From the human T2T-CHM13v2.0 reference genome, Homo sapiens, in NCBI RefSeq assembly GCF_009914755.1, contig NC_060933.1: a stretch of 64,000 bases of DNA, one strand, 5' to 3'. A program made the position numbers and the translations under genes. Positions within the stretch are counted from its first letter, which is position 1, and every line of letters begins with the position of its first letter. Shown in pieces: positions 27,310-42,300 of this stretch. The notes beneath the pieces were generated by a model. The model ran no database searches, was not told the DNA's origin, and saw only the letters and a list, made by a program, of their open reading frames with translations.

Positions 27310-30300
27310 GGAATCTTCCGGAATGGAATGGAATGGAATAGAATGGAATGGAATGGAATGGAATCAACTCGATTGCAATCGAATGGAATGGAATGGAATT
27401 AACCCGAATAGAATGGAATGGAATGGAATGGAACGGAACGGAATGGAATGGAATGGAATGGAATGGAATGGAACGGAACGGAACGGAACGGAATGGAATG
27501 GAATGGAATGGAATGGAATGGAATGGAATCAACGCGAGTGCAGGGAAATGGAATGGAATGGAATGCAATGGAATGGAATCTTCCGGAATGGAATGGAATG
27601 GAATTAAATGCAATGGATTCAACTCGATTGCAATGGAATGGAATAGAATGGAATGGAATGGAATGGAATGGAATGGAATGGAATGGAATTAACCCGAATA
27701 GAACGGAATGGAATGGAATGGAACGGAATGGAACGGAATGGAATGGAATGGAATGCAATGGAATGATATGGAATGGAATGGAATGGTATGGAATAGAATG
27801 GAATGGAACGAATTGTAATGGAACGGAATTGAATGGAATGGAATGGAATCAACGCGAGTTTAGGGGAATGTAATGGAACGGAATGCAATGGAATGGAATC
27901 ATCCGTAATGGAATGGAATGGAATGGAATGGAATGGAATCAACCCGAGAGCAATGGAATGGAGTGGAATGGAATGGAATGGAATGGAACAACCCGAATGG
28001 AATGGAATGTAATGGAGAGTAAGGGAGTTGAATAGAATCAATCCGAATGTAATGGAATGGAATGCAACGGAATGGAATGGAATGTAATGGAATGGAATGC
28101 AATGGAATGGAATCAACCCGAGTACAATGAAATGGAATGGAATGGAATGGAATGGAATGGAATGGAACGGAATGGAATGGAATGCCTTCAAACCGAATAG
28201 AATGGAAAGGAATGGAATCAACACGAGTGGAATGGAATGGAATGGAAAGGAATGGAATGGAATGGAATGGTATGGAATAGAATGGAATGGAACAAAATGG
28301 AATGGAATGGAATGGAATGGAATGGAATGGAATGGAATGGAATGATACGGAATAGAATGGAATGGAACAAAATGGAATGGAATGGAATGGAATGGAATGG
28401 AATGGAATGGAATGGAATGGAATCAACCAGAGTGGAATGGATGGGAATGGAATGGAATGGAAACTAATAGAATGGAATCAACCCGAGTGGAATGGAATGG
28501 AAAGGACTGGAATGGAAAGGAATGGAATGGAATGGAATGGAATGGAATCAACGCGAGTGCAGGGGAATGGAATGGAATCGAATGGAATGGAATGGAATGG
28601 AATGGATTCAACCCGAGTGCAGGGGAATGTAATGAAACGGAATGCAATGGAATGGAATCATCCGGAATGGAAAGGAATGGAATGGAATGGAAACAACCCG
28701 AGTGCAATGGAATGGAGTGGAATGGAATGGAATGGAATGGAACAACCCGAATGGAATGGAATGTAATGGAGATTAAGGGAGTTGAAAAGAATCAATCCGA
28801 ATGTAATGGAATGGAATGGAACGGAATGGAATGGAATGGAATGGAATGGAATGGAATGGAATGGAATGCAATGTAATGGAAGCAACACGAGTGCAATGGA
28901 ATGGAATGGAATGGAATGGAATGGAATGGAATGGAATGGAATGGAATGCAATGGAATGGAATCTTCCGGAATGGAATGGAATGGAATGGAATGGAATGGA
29001 ATGGAATGGAATGCAATGCATTCAACTCGATTGCCATGGAATGGAATAGAATGGAATGGAATGGAATGGAATGGAATTAAACCGAATAGAATGGAATGGA
29101 ATGGAATGGAACGGAACGGAAAGGAAAGGAAGGGAATGGAATGGAATAGAATGGAATGGAATGGAATGGAATGGAATGGAATTAAACCGAACAGAATGGA
29201 ATGGAATGGAATGGAATGGAATGGAATGGAACGGAAAGGAAGGGAATGCAATGGAATAGAATGGAATGGAATGGAATCAACGCGAGTGCAGGGGAATGGA
29301 ATGGAATGGAATGCAATGGAATGGAATCTTCCGGAATGGAATGGAATGGAATGGAATGGAATGGAATGGAATGGAATTAACCCGAGTGCAATGGAATGGA
29401 GTGGAATGGAATGGAATGGAATGGAACAACCCGAATGGAATGGAATGTAATGGAGAGTAAGGGAGTTGAATAGAATCAATCCGAATGTAATGGAATGGAA
29501 TGGAATGGAATGGAATTGAATGGAATGGAATGGAATGCAATGGAATGGAATCAACCCGAGTGCAATGGAATGGAGAGGAATGGAATGGAATGGAATGGAA
29601 TGGAAACTACCCGAATGGAATGGAATTGAATGTAATGGAGTGTAAGGGCATTGAATAGAATGAATCCGAATGTAATGGAATGGAATGGAACGGAATGGAA
29701 TGGAATGGAATGGAATGGAATGGAATGCAATGGAATGGAATCAACCCGAGTGCAATCGAATGGAATCGAATGGAATGGAATGCAATGGAATGGATTCAAC
29801 TTGAATGGAATGGAAAGAATGGACTCAACACGAGTGGAATGGCATGGATTGGAATGGAATGGAATGGAATCAACCCGAGTACAGGGGAATGGAATGGAAT
29901 GGAATGCAATGGAATGGAATCATCCGTAATGGAATGGAAAGGAATGGAATGGAATGGAATGGAATGGAATCAACTCGATTGCAATCGAATGGAATGGAAT
30001 GGAATTAACCCGAATAGAATGGAATGGAATGGAATGGAACGGAACGGAATGGAATGGAATTGAATGGAATGGAATGGAATGGAATGGAACGGAAAGGAAT
30101 GGAATGGAATGGAATGGAATGGAATGGAATGGAATGGAATGGAATGGAATGGAATCAAAGCGAGTGCAGGGTAATGGAATGGAATGGAATGCAATGGAAT
30201 GGAATCTTCCGGAATGGAATGGAATGGAATGGAATGGAATGAAATGCAATGGATTCAACTCGATTGCAATGGAATGGATTAGAATGGAATGGAATGGAAT

Positions 30301-33300
30301 GGAATGGAATGGAATGGAATGGAATGGAATGGAATGGAATTAACCCGAATAGAATGGAATGGAATGGAATGGAACGGAATGGAACCGAATGGAATGGAAT
30401 GGAATGGTATGGAATGGAATGGAATGGTACGGAATAGAATGGAATAGAACGAATTGTAATGGAATTGAATTGAATGGAATGGAATGGAATGGAATGGAAT
30501 CAACGCAAGTGCAGGGGAATGTAATGGAACGGAATGCAATGGAATGGAATCATCCGGAATGGAATGGAATGGAATGGAATGGAATCAACCCGAGTGCAAT
30601 GGAATGGAGTGGAATGGAATGGAATGGAATGGAACAACCCGAATGGAATGGAATGTAATGGAGAGTAAGGGAGTTGAATAGAATCAATCCGAATGTAATG
30701 GAATGGAATGCAACGGAATGGAAAGGAATGGAATGGAATGGAATGGAATGCAATGGAATGGAATCAACCCGAGTACAATGGAATGGAATGGAATGGAATG
30801 GAAAGGACTGGAATGGAATGGAATGGAATGGAATGGAATGGAATGGAATCAACTCGATTGTAATGGAATGGAATGGAATGGAATGGAATGGAATGGAATT
30901 AACCCGAATACAATGGAATGGAATGGAATGGAACGGAATGGAGTGGAATGGAATGGAATCAACCCGAGTGCAGGGGAATGGAATGGAATGGAATGCAATG
31001 GAATGGAATCAACTCGATTGCAATGGAATGGAATGGAATGGAAAGGAATACATTGGAATCAACCCGAGTGGAATGGAATGGAAAGGAATGGAATGGAATG
31101 GAATGGAATGGAATGGAATGGAATGGAATCAACTCGATTGGAATGGAATGGAATGGAATGGAATGGAATTAACCCGAATAGAATGGAATGGAATGGAATG
31201 GAACGGAACGGAACAGAATGGAATGGAATGGAATGGAATGGAATGGAATGGAATGGAATGGAATGGAATCAACCCGACTGCAGGGGAATGGAATGGAATG
31301 GAATGCAATGGAATGCATTCAACTTGAATGGAATGGAAAGAATGGAATCAACACCAGTGGAATGGCATGGATTGGAATGGAATGGAATGGAATCAACCCG
31401 AGTAGAGGGGAATGGAATGGAATGGAATGCAATGGAATGGAATCATCCGTAATGGAATGGAAAGGAATGGAATGGAATGGAATTAACCCGAATAGAATGG
31501 AATGGAATGGAATGGAACAGAATGGAACGGAAAGGAATGGAATGGAATGGAATGGAATGGAATGGTATGGAATGGAATGGAATGGTACGGAATAGAATGG
31601 AATGGAACGAATTGTAATGGAATGGAATTGAATGGAATGGAATGGAATGGAATGGAATCAACGCGAGTGCAGGGGAATGTAATGGAACGGAATGCAATGG
31701 AATGGAATCATCCGGAATGGAATGGAATGGAATGGAATGGAATGGAATGGAATGGAATGGAATCAACCCGAGTGCAATGGAAAGGAGTGGAATGGAATGG
31801 AATGGAATGGAACAACCCGAATGGAATGGAATGTAATGGAGAGTAAGGGAGTTGAATAGAATCAATCCGAGTGTAATGGAATGGAATGCAACGGAATGGA
31901 ATGGAATGGAATGGAATGGAATGCAATGGAATGGAATCAACTCGAGTACAATGGAATGGAATGGAATGGAATGGAATGGAATGGAATGGAATGATACGGA
32001 ATAGAATGGAATGGAACGAAATGGAATGGAATGGAATGGAATGGAATGGAATGGAATGGAATGGAATCGTTCCGAGTGGAATACGAGGGAATGTATTCGA
32101 GTGGAATGGAAAGGAATGGAATCAACCAGAGTGGAATGGAAGGGAATGGAATGGAATGAAAACTAATAGAATGGAATCAACCCGAGTGGAATGGAATGGA
32201 AAGGACTGGAATGGAATGGAATGGAATGCAATCAACTCGATTGTAGTGGAATGGAATGGAATGGAATGGAATGGAATGGAATGGAATTAACCCGAATACA
32301 TTGGAATGGAATGGAATGGAACGGAATGGAGTGGAATGGAATGGAATCAAACCGAGTGCAGGGGAATGGAATGGAATGGAATGCAATGGAATGGAATCAT
32401 CCGGAATGGAATGGAATGGAATGGAATGCAAAGCAATGGAATCAACTCGACTGCAATGGAATGGAATGGAATGGAAAGGAATACATTGGAATCAACCCGA
32501 GTGGAATGGAATGGAAAGGACTGGAATGGAGTGGAATGGAATGGAATGGAATGGAATGGAATCAACTCGATTGGAATGGAATGGAATGGAATGGAATGGA
32601 ATGGAATGGAATTAACCCGAATAGAATGGAATGGAATGGAATGGAACGAAACGGAACGGAACGGAATGGAATGGAATGGAATGGAATGGAATGGAATGGA
32701 ATGGAATGGAATCAACCCGACTGCAGGGGAATGCAATGGAATGCAATGCAATGGAATGGATTCAACTTGAATGGAATGGAAAGAATGGAATCAACACGAG
32801 TGGAATGGCATGGATTGGAATGGAATGGAATGGAATCAACCCGAGTACAGGGGAATGGAATGGAATGGAATGCAATGGAATGGAATCATCCGTAATGGAA
32901 TGGAATGGAATGGAATGGAATGGAATGGAATGGAATGGAATGGAATGGAATGGAATCAACTCGATTGCAATCGAATGGAATAGAATGGAATTAACCCGAA
33001 TAGAATGGAATGGAATGGAATGGAACGGAACGGAAAGGAATGGAATGGAACGGAATGGAAGGGAATGGAATGGAATAGAATGGAATGGAATGGAATCAAC
33101 GCGAGTGCAGGGGAATGGAATGGAATGGAATGCAATGGAATGGAATCTTCCGGAATGGAATGGAATGGAATGGAATGCAATGGAATGGAATCAACTCGAG
33201 TGCAATGGAATGGAGTGGAATGGAATGGAATGGAACGGAACAACCCGAATGGAATGGAATGTAATGGAGAGTAAGGGAGTTGAATAGAATCAATCCGAAT

Positions 33301-36300
33301 GTAATGGAATGGAAAGGAACGGAATTGAATGGAATGGAATGGAATGGAATGCAATGGAATGGAATCAACCCGAGTGCAATGGAATGGAGAGGAATGGAAT
33401 GGAATGGAATGAAAACTACCCGAATGGAATGGAATGTAATGGAGTGTAAGGGAATTGAATAGAATCAATCCGAATGTAATGGAATGGAATGGAACGGAAT
33501 GGAATGGAATGGAATGGAATGGAATGGAATGCAATGGAATGGAATCAACCCGAGTGCAATCGAATGGAATTGAATAGAATGGAATGCAATGGAATGGATT
33601 CAACTTGAATGGAATGGAAAGTATGGAATCAACACGAGTGGAATGGCATGGATTGGAATGGAATGGAATGGAATCAACCCGAGTACAGGGGAATGGAATG
33701 GAATGGAATGCAATGGAATGGAATCATCCGTAATGGAATGGAAAGGAATGGAATGGAATGGAATGGAATGGAATGGAATGGAATGGAATGGAATCAACTC
33801 GATTGCAATCGAATGGAATGGAATGGAATTAACCCGAATAGAATGGAATGGAATGGAACGGAACGGAACGGAATAGAATGGAATGGAATGGAATGGAATG
33901 GAATGGAACAGAACGGAATGGAATGGAATGGAATGGAATGGAATCAACGCGAGTGCAGGGGAATGGAATGGAATGGAATGCAATGGAATGGAATCTTCCG
34001 GAATGGAATGGAATGGAATGGAATGGAATGAAATGCAATGGATTCAACTCGATTGCAATGGAATGGAATAGAATGGAATGGAATGGAATGGAATGGAATT
34101 AATTCGAATAGAATGGAATGGAATGGAATGGAACGGAATGGAATGGAATGGAATTGAAAGGAATGGAATGGAATGGAATGGAATCAACGCGAGTGCAGGG
34201 GAATGTAATGGAACGGAATGCAATGGAATGGAATCATCCGGAATGGAATGGAATGGAATGGAATGGAATGGAATGGAATCAATCCGAGTGCAATGGAATG
34301 GAGTGGAATGGAAGGGAATGGAATGGAACAACCCGAATGGAATGGAATGTAATGGAGAGTAAGGGAGTTGAATAGAATCAATCCGAATGTAATGGAATGG
34401 AATGCAACGGAATGGAATGGAATGGAATGGAATGGAATGGAATGATACGGAATAGAATGGAATGGAACGAAATGGAATGGAATGGAATGGAATGGAATGG
34501 AAAGGAATCGTTCCGAGTGGAATAGGAGGGAATGTATTCGAGTGGAATGGAAAGGAATGGAATCAACCAGAGTGGAATGGAAGGGAATGGAATGGAATGG
34601 AAACTAATAAAATGGAATCAACCCGAGAGGAATGGAATGGAAAAGACTGGAATGGAATGGAATGGAAAGGAATCAACTCGATTGTAATGGAATGGAATGG
34701 AATGGAATGGAATTAACCCGAATAGAATGGAATGGAATGGAATGGAACGGAATGGAATGGAACGAAAAGGAACGGAATGGAATGGAATAGAATGGAATGG
34801 AATGGAATCAACGCGAGTGCAGGGGAATGGAATGGAATGGAATGCAATGGAATGGAATCTTCCGGAATGGAATGGAATGGAATGGAATGGAATGGAATGG
34901 AATCAACCCGAGTGCAATGGAATGGAGTGGAATGGAATGGAATGGAATGGAACAACCCGAATGGAATGGAATGTAATGGAGAGTAAGGGAGTTGAATAGA
35001 ATGAATCCGAATGTAATGGAATGGAATGGAACGGAATGGAATTGAATGGAATGTAATGGAATGCAATGGAATGGAATCAACCCGAGTTCAATGGAATGGA
35101 ATGGAATGGAATGGAATGGAATGGAATGGAATGGAATGGAATGATACGGAATAGAATGGAATGGAACGAAATGGAATGGAATGGAATGGAATGGAAGGGA
35201 ATGGAATGGAATGGAATGATACGGAATAGAATGGAATGGAACGAAATGGAATGGAATGGAATGGAATGGAATGGAATGGAATGGAATGGAATCGTTCCGA
35301 GTGGAATAGGAGGGAATGTATTCGAGTGGAATGGAAAGGAATGGAATCAACCAGAGTGGAATGGAAGGGAATGGAATGGAATGGAAACTAATAGAATGGA
35401 ATCAACCCGAGAGGAATGGAATGGAAAAGACTGGAATGGAATGGAATGGAATGGAATCAACTCGATTGTAATGGAATGGAATGGAATGGAATGGAATTAA
35501 CCCGAATAGAATGGAATGGAATGGAATGGAGTAGAATGGAACGAAAAGGAAGGGAATGGAATGGAATAGAATGGAATGGAATGGAATCAACGCGAGTGCA
35601 GGGGAATGGAATGGAATGGAATCCAATGGAATGGAATCTTCCGGAATGGAATGGAATGGAATGGAATGCAATGGAATGGAATCAACTCGAGTGCAATGGA
35701 ATGGAGTGGAATGGAATGGAATGGAACGGAACAACCCGAATGGAATGGAATGTAATGGAGAGTAAGGGAGTTGAATAGAATCAATCCGAATGTAATGGAA
35801 TGGAAAGGAACGGAATTGAATGGAATGGAATGGAATGGAATGCAATGGAATGGAATCAACCCGAGTGCAATGGAATGGAGAGGAATGGAATGGAATGGAA
35901 TGAAAACTACCCGAATGGAATGGAATGTAATGGAGTGTAAGGGAATTGAATAGAATCAATCCGAATGTAATGGAATGGAATGGAACGGAATGGAATGGAA
36001 TGGAATGGAATGGAATGGAATGCAATGGAATGGAATCAACCCGAGTGCAATCGAATGGAATTGAATAGAATGGAATGCAATGGAATGGATTCAACTTGAA
36101 TGGAATGGAAAGTATGGAATCAACACGAGTGGAATGGCATGGATTGGAATGGAATGGAATGGAATCAACCCGAGTACAGGGGAATGGAATGGAATGGAAT
36201 GCAATGGAATGGAATCATCCGTAATGGAATGGAAAGGAATGGAATGGAATGGAATGGAATGGAATGGAATGGAATGGAATGGAATCAACTCGATTGCAAT

Positions 36301-39300
36301 CGAATGGAATGGAATGGAATTAACCCGAATAGAATGGAATGGAATGGAACGGAACGGAACGGAATAGAATGGAATGGAATGGAATGGAATGGAATGGAAC
36401 AGAACGGAATGGAATGGAATGGAATGGAATGGAATCAACGCGAGTGCAGGGGAATGGAATGGAATGGAATGCAATGGAATGGAATCTTCCGGAATGGAAT
36501 GGAATGGAATGGAATGGAATGAAATGCAATGGATTCAACTCGATTGCAATGGAATGGAATAGAATGGAATGGAATGGAATGGAATGGAATTAATTCGAAT
36601 AGAATGGAATGGAATGGAATGGAACGGAATGGAATGGAATGGAATTGAAAGGAATGGAATGGAATGGAATGGAATCAACGCGAGTGCAGGGGAATGTAAT
36701 GGAACGGAATGCAATGGAATGGAATCATCCGGAATGGAATGGAATGGAATGGAATGGAATGGAATGGAATCAATCCGAGTGCAATGGAATGGAGTGGAAT
36801 GGAAGGGAATGGAATGGAACAACCCGAATGGAATGGAATGTAATGGAGAGTAAGGGAGTTGAATAGAATCAATCCGAATGTAATGGAATGGAATGCAACG
36901 GAATGGAATGGAATGGAATGGAATGGAATGGAATGATACGGAATAGAATGGAATGGAACGAAATGGAATGGAATGGAATGGAATGGAATGGAAAGGAATC
37001 GTTCCGAGTGGAATAGGAGGGAATGTATTCGAGTGGAATGGAAAGGAATGGAATCAACCAGAGTGGAATGGAAGGGAATGGAATGGAATGGAAACTAATA
37101 AAATGGAATCAACCCGAGAGGAATGGAATGGAAAAGACTGGAATGGAATGGAATGGAAAGGAATCAACTCGATTGTAATGGAATGGAATGGAATGGAATG
37201 GAATTAACCCGAATAGAATGGAATGGAATGGAATGGAACGGAATGGAATGGAACGAAAAGGAACGGAATGGAATGGAATAGAATGGAATGGAATGGAATC
37301 AACGCGAGTGCAGGGGAATGGAATGGAATGGAATGCAATGGAATGGAATCTTCCGGAATGGAATGGAATGGAATGGAATGGAATGGAATGGAATCAACCC
37401 GAGTGCAATGGAATGGAGTGGAATGGAATGGAATGGAATGGAACAACCCGAATGGAATGGAATGTAATGGAGAGTAAGGGAGTTGAATAGAATGAATCCG
37501 AATGTAATGGAATGGAATGGAACGGAATGGAATTGAATGGAATGTAATGGAATGCAATGGAATGGAATCAACCCGAGTTCAATGGAATGGAATGGAATGG
37601 AATGGAATGGAATGGAATGGAATGGAATGGAATGATACGGAATAGAATGGAATGGAACGAAATGGAATGGAATGGAATGGAATGGAAGGGAATGGAATGG
37701 AATGATACGGAATAGAATGGAATGGAACGAAATGGAATGGAATGGAATGGAATGGAATGGAATGGAATGGAATGGAATCGTTCCGAGTGGAATAGGAGGG
37801 AATGTATTCGAGTGGAATGGAAAGGAATGGAATCAACCAGAGTGGAATGGAAGGGAATGGAATGGAATGGAAACTAATAGAATGGAATCAACCCGAGAGG
37901 AATGGAATGGAAAAGACTGGAATGGAATGGAATGGAATGGAATCAACTCGATTGTAATGGAATGGAATGGAATGGAATGGAATTAACCCGAATAGAATGG
38001 AATGGAATGGAATGGAGTAGAATGGAACGAAAAGGAAGGGAATGGAATGGAATAGAATGGAATGGAATGGAATCAACGCGAGTGCAGGGGAATGGAATGG
38101 AATGGAATCCAATGGAATGGAATCTTCCGGAATGGAATGGAATGGAATGGAATGGAATGGAATGGAATGGAATCAACCCGAGTGCAATGGAATGGAGTGG
38201 AATGGAATGGAATGGAATGGAACAACCCGAATGGAAAGGAATGTAATGGAGAGTAAGGGAGTTGAATAGAATGAATCCGAATGTAATGGATTGGAATGGA
38301 ACGGAACGGAACGGAATGGAATGGAATGGAATGGAATGGAATGGAATCAACTCGAGTGCAGGGGAATGGATTGGAATGGATTGCTATGGAATGGAATCTT
38401 CCGGAATGGAATGGAATGGAATGGAATGGAATGAAATGCAATGGGTTCAACTCGATTGCAATGGAATGGAATAGAATGGAATGGAATGGAATGGAATTAA
38501 TTCGAATAGAATGGAATGGAATGTAATGGAACGGAATGGAACGGAATGGAATGGAATGGAATGGTATGGAACGGAATGGAATGGTACGGAATAGAATGGA
38601 ATGGAACGAATTGTAATGGAATGGAATTGAATGGAATGGAATGGAATGGAATGGAATCAACGCGAGTGCAGGGGAATGTAATGGAACGGAATGCAATGGA
38701 ATGGAATCATCCGCAATGGAATGGAATGGAATGGAATGGAATGGAATCAACCCGAGTGCAACGGAATGGAGTGGAATGGAATGGAATGGAATGGAACAAC
38801 CCGAATGGAATGGAATGTAATGGAGAGTAAGGGAGTTGAATAGAATCAATCCGAATGTAATGGAATGGAATGCAACGGAATGGAATGGAATGGAATGGAA
38901 TGGAATGGAATGGAATTAACCCGAATAAAATGGAATGGAATGGAATGGAATTGAACGGAATGGAGTGGAATGGAATGGAATCAACCCGAGTGCAGGGGAA
39001 TCTAATGGAATGGAATGCAATGGAATGGTATCATCCGGAATGGAATGGAATGGAATGGAATGCAAAGCAATGGAATCAACTCGATTGCAATGGAATGGAA
39101 TGGAATGGAAAGGAATACATTGGAATCAACCCGAGTGGAATGGAATGGAAAGGACTGGAATGGAGTGGAATGGAATAGAATGGAATGGAATGGAATCAAC
39201 TCGATTGGAATGGAATGGAATAGAATGGAATGGAATTAACACGAATACAATGGAATGGAATGGAATGGAACGGAACGGATTGGAATGGAATGGAATGGAA

Positions 39301-42300
39301 TGGAATGGAATGGAATGGAATCAACCCGACTGCAGGGGAATGGGATGGAATGGAAGGCAATGGAATGGATTCAACTTGAACGGAATGGAAAGAATGGAAT
39401 CAACACGAGTGGAATGGCATGGATTGGAATGGAATGGAATGGAATCAACCCGAGTACAGGGGAATGGAATGGAATGCAATGCAATGGAATGGAATCATCC
39501 GTAATGGAATGGAAAGGAATGGAATGGAATGGAATGGAATGGAATGGAATGGAATCAACTCGATTGCAATAGAATGGAATGGAATGGAATTAACCCGAAT
39601 AGAATGGAATGGAATGGAATGGAAAGGAACGGAACGGAATGGAACGGAACGGAGTGGAATGGAATGGAATGGAATTGTATGGAATGGAATGGCATGGTGT
39701 GGAATAGAATGGAATGGAAAGAATTGGAATGGAATGGAATCGAATGGAATGGAATGGAATGGAATGGAATCAACCCGAGTACAGGGGAATGTAATGCAAA
39801 AGAATGCAATGGAATGGAATCATCCGGAATGGAATGGAATGGAATGGAATGGAATGGAATGGAATGGAATGGAATCAACCCGAGTGCAATGGAATGGAGT
39901 GGAATGGAATGGAATGGAATGGAACAACCCGAATGGAATGGAATGTTATGGAGAGTAAGGGAGTTGAATAGAATCACTCCGAATGTAATGGAATGGAACG
40001 GAATGGAATGGAATGGAATGGAATGGAATGGAATGGAATGCAATGGAATGGAATCAACCCGAGTACAATGGAACGGAATGGAATGTAATGTAATGGAATG
40101 GAATGGAATGGAATGGAATGGAATGGAATGGAATGGAATCAACCCGAGTGCAATGGAATGGAGAGGAATGGACTGGAATGGAATGGAAACTACCCGAATG
40201 GAATGGAATGTAATGGAGCGTAAGGGAATTGAATAGAATCAATCCGAATGGAATGGAATGGAATGGAACGGAATGTAATGGAATGGAATGAAATGGAATC
40301 AACCCGAGTGCAGGCGAATGGAATGGAATGGAATGCAATGGAATGGAATCATCCGGAATGGAATGGAATGGAATGCAATGGAATGGAATGGAATGGAATC
40401 AACCCGAGTGCAATGGAATGGAGTGAAATGGAATGGAATGGAATGGAAACAACCAGAATGGATTGGAATATATTGGAGTGTAAGGGAATGGAATAGAATC
40501 AATCTGAATGTAATGAAATGGAATGGAACGGAATGGAATGGAATGGAATGGAATGCAATGGAATGGAATCAACCCGAGTGCAATCGAATGGAATCGAATG
40601 GAATGGAATGCAATGGAATGGATTCAACTTGAATGGAAAGGAAAGAATGGAATCAACACGAGTGGAATGGCATGGATTGGAATGGAATGGAATGGAATCA
40701 ACCCGAGTACAGGGGAATGGAATGGAATGGAATGCAATAGAATGGAATCATCAGTAATGGAATGGAAAGGAATGGAAAGGACTGGAATGGAATGGAATGT
40801 AATGGAATGGAATGGAATCAACTCGATTGCAATCGAATGGTATGGAATGGAATGGAATCAACTCGATTGCAATCGAATGGAATGGAATGGAATTAACCCG
40901 AATAGAATGGAATGGAATGGTATGGAATGGAACGGAATGGAATGGAATGGAATGGAATGGAACGGAAAGGAATGGAATGGAATGGAATGGAATGGAATGG
41001 AATCAACGCGCGTGCAGGGGAATGGAATGGAATCGAATGGAATGGAAAGGAATGGAATGGAATCAACACGAGTGCAGGGGAATGTAATGGAACGGAATGC
41101 AATGGAATGGAATCATCCGGAATGGAATGGAATGGAATGGAATGGAATGGAATGGAATGGAATCAACCCGAGTGCAATGGAATGGAGTGGAATGGAATGG
41201 AATGGAATGGAACAACCCGAATGGAATGGAATGTAATGGAGAGTAAGGGAGTTGAAAAGAATCAATCCGAATGTAATGGAATGGAATGGAACGGAATGGA
41301 ATGGAATGGAATGGAATGCAATGTAATGGAATCAACCCGAGTACAATGGAATGGAATGGAATGGAATGGAATGGAATGGAATGGAATGCAATGGAATGGA
41401 ATCTTCCGGAATGGAATGGAATGGAATGGAATGGAATGGAATGGAATGCAATGGATTCAACTCGATTGCAATGGAATGGAATAGAATGGAATGGAATGGA
41501 ATGGAATGGAATGGAATTAAACCGAATAGAATGGAATGGAATGGAATGGAACGGAACAGAACGGAAAGGAACGGAACGGAGTGGAATGGAATGGAATGGA
41601 ATTGTATGGAATGGAATGGAATGGTACGGAATAGAATGGAATGGAAAGAATTGGAATGGAATGGAATCGAATGGAATGGAATGGAATGGAATGGAATCAA
41701 CCCGAGTGCAAGGGAATGTAATGGGACGGAATGCAATGGAATGGAATCATCCGGAATGGAATGGAATGGAATGGAATGGAATGGAATGGAATGGAATGGA
41801 ATGCAATGGAATGGAATCAACCCGAGTACAAAGGAACGGAATGGAATGTAACGGAATGGAATGGAATGGAATGGAATGGAATGGAATGGAATCAACCCGA
41901 GTGCAATGGAATGGAGAGGAATGGTATGGAATGGAATCCAATGGAATGGAATCATCCGGAATGGAAAGGAATGGAATGGAATGCAAAGCAATGGAATCAA
42001 CTCGATTGCAATGGAATGGAATGGAATGGAAAGGAATACATTGGAATCAACCCGAGTGGAATGGAATGGAAAGGACTGGAATGGAGTGGAATGGAATGGA
42101 ATGGAATGGAATCAACTCGATTGGAATGGAATGGAATGGAATGGAATGGAATGGAATGGAATGGAATTAACCCGAATAGAATGGAATGGAATGGAATGGA
42201 ACGGATCGGAATGGAATGGAATGGAATGGAATGGAAGGGAATGGAATGGAATGGAAACAACCCGACTGCAGGGGAATGGAATGGAATGGAATGGAATGGA

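Noticed and set aside
34521-34531. AGGAGG Shine-Dalgarno-like word upstream of ATG
   Set aside because: A chance word in a eukaryotic satellite module with no credible CDS downstream.
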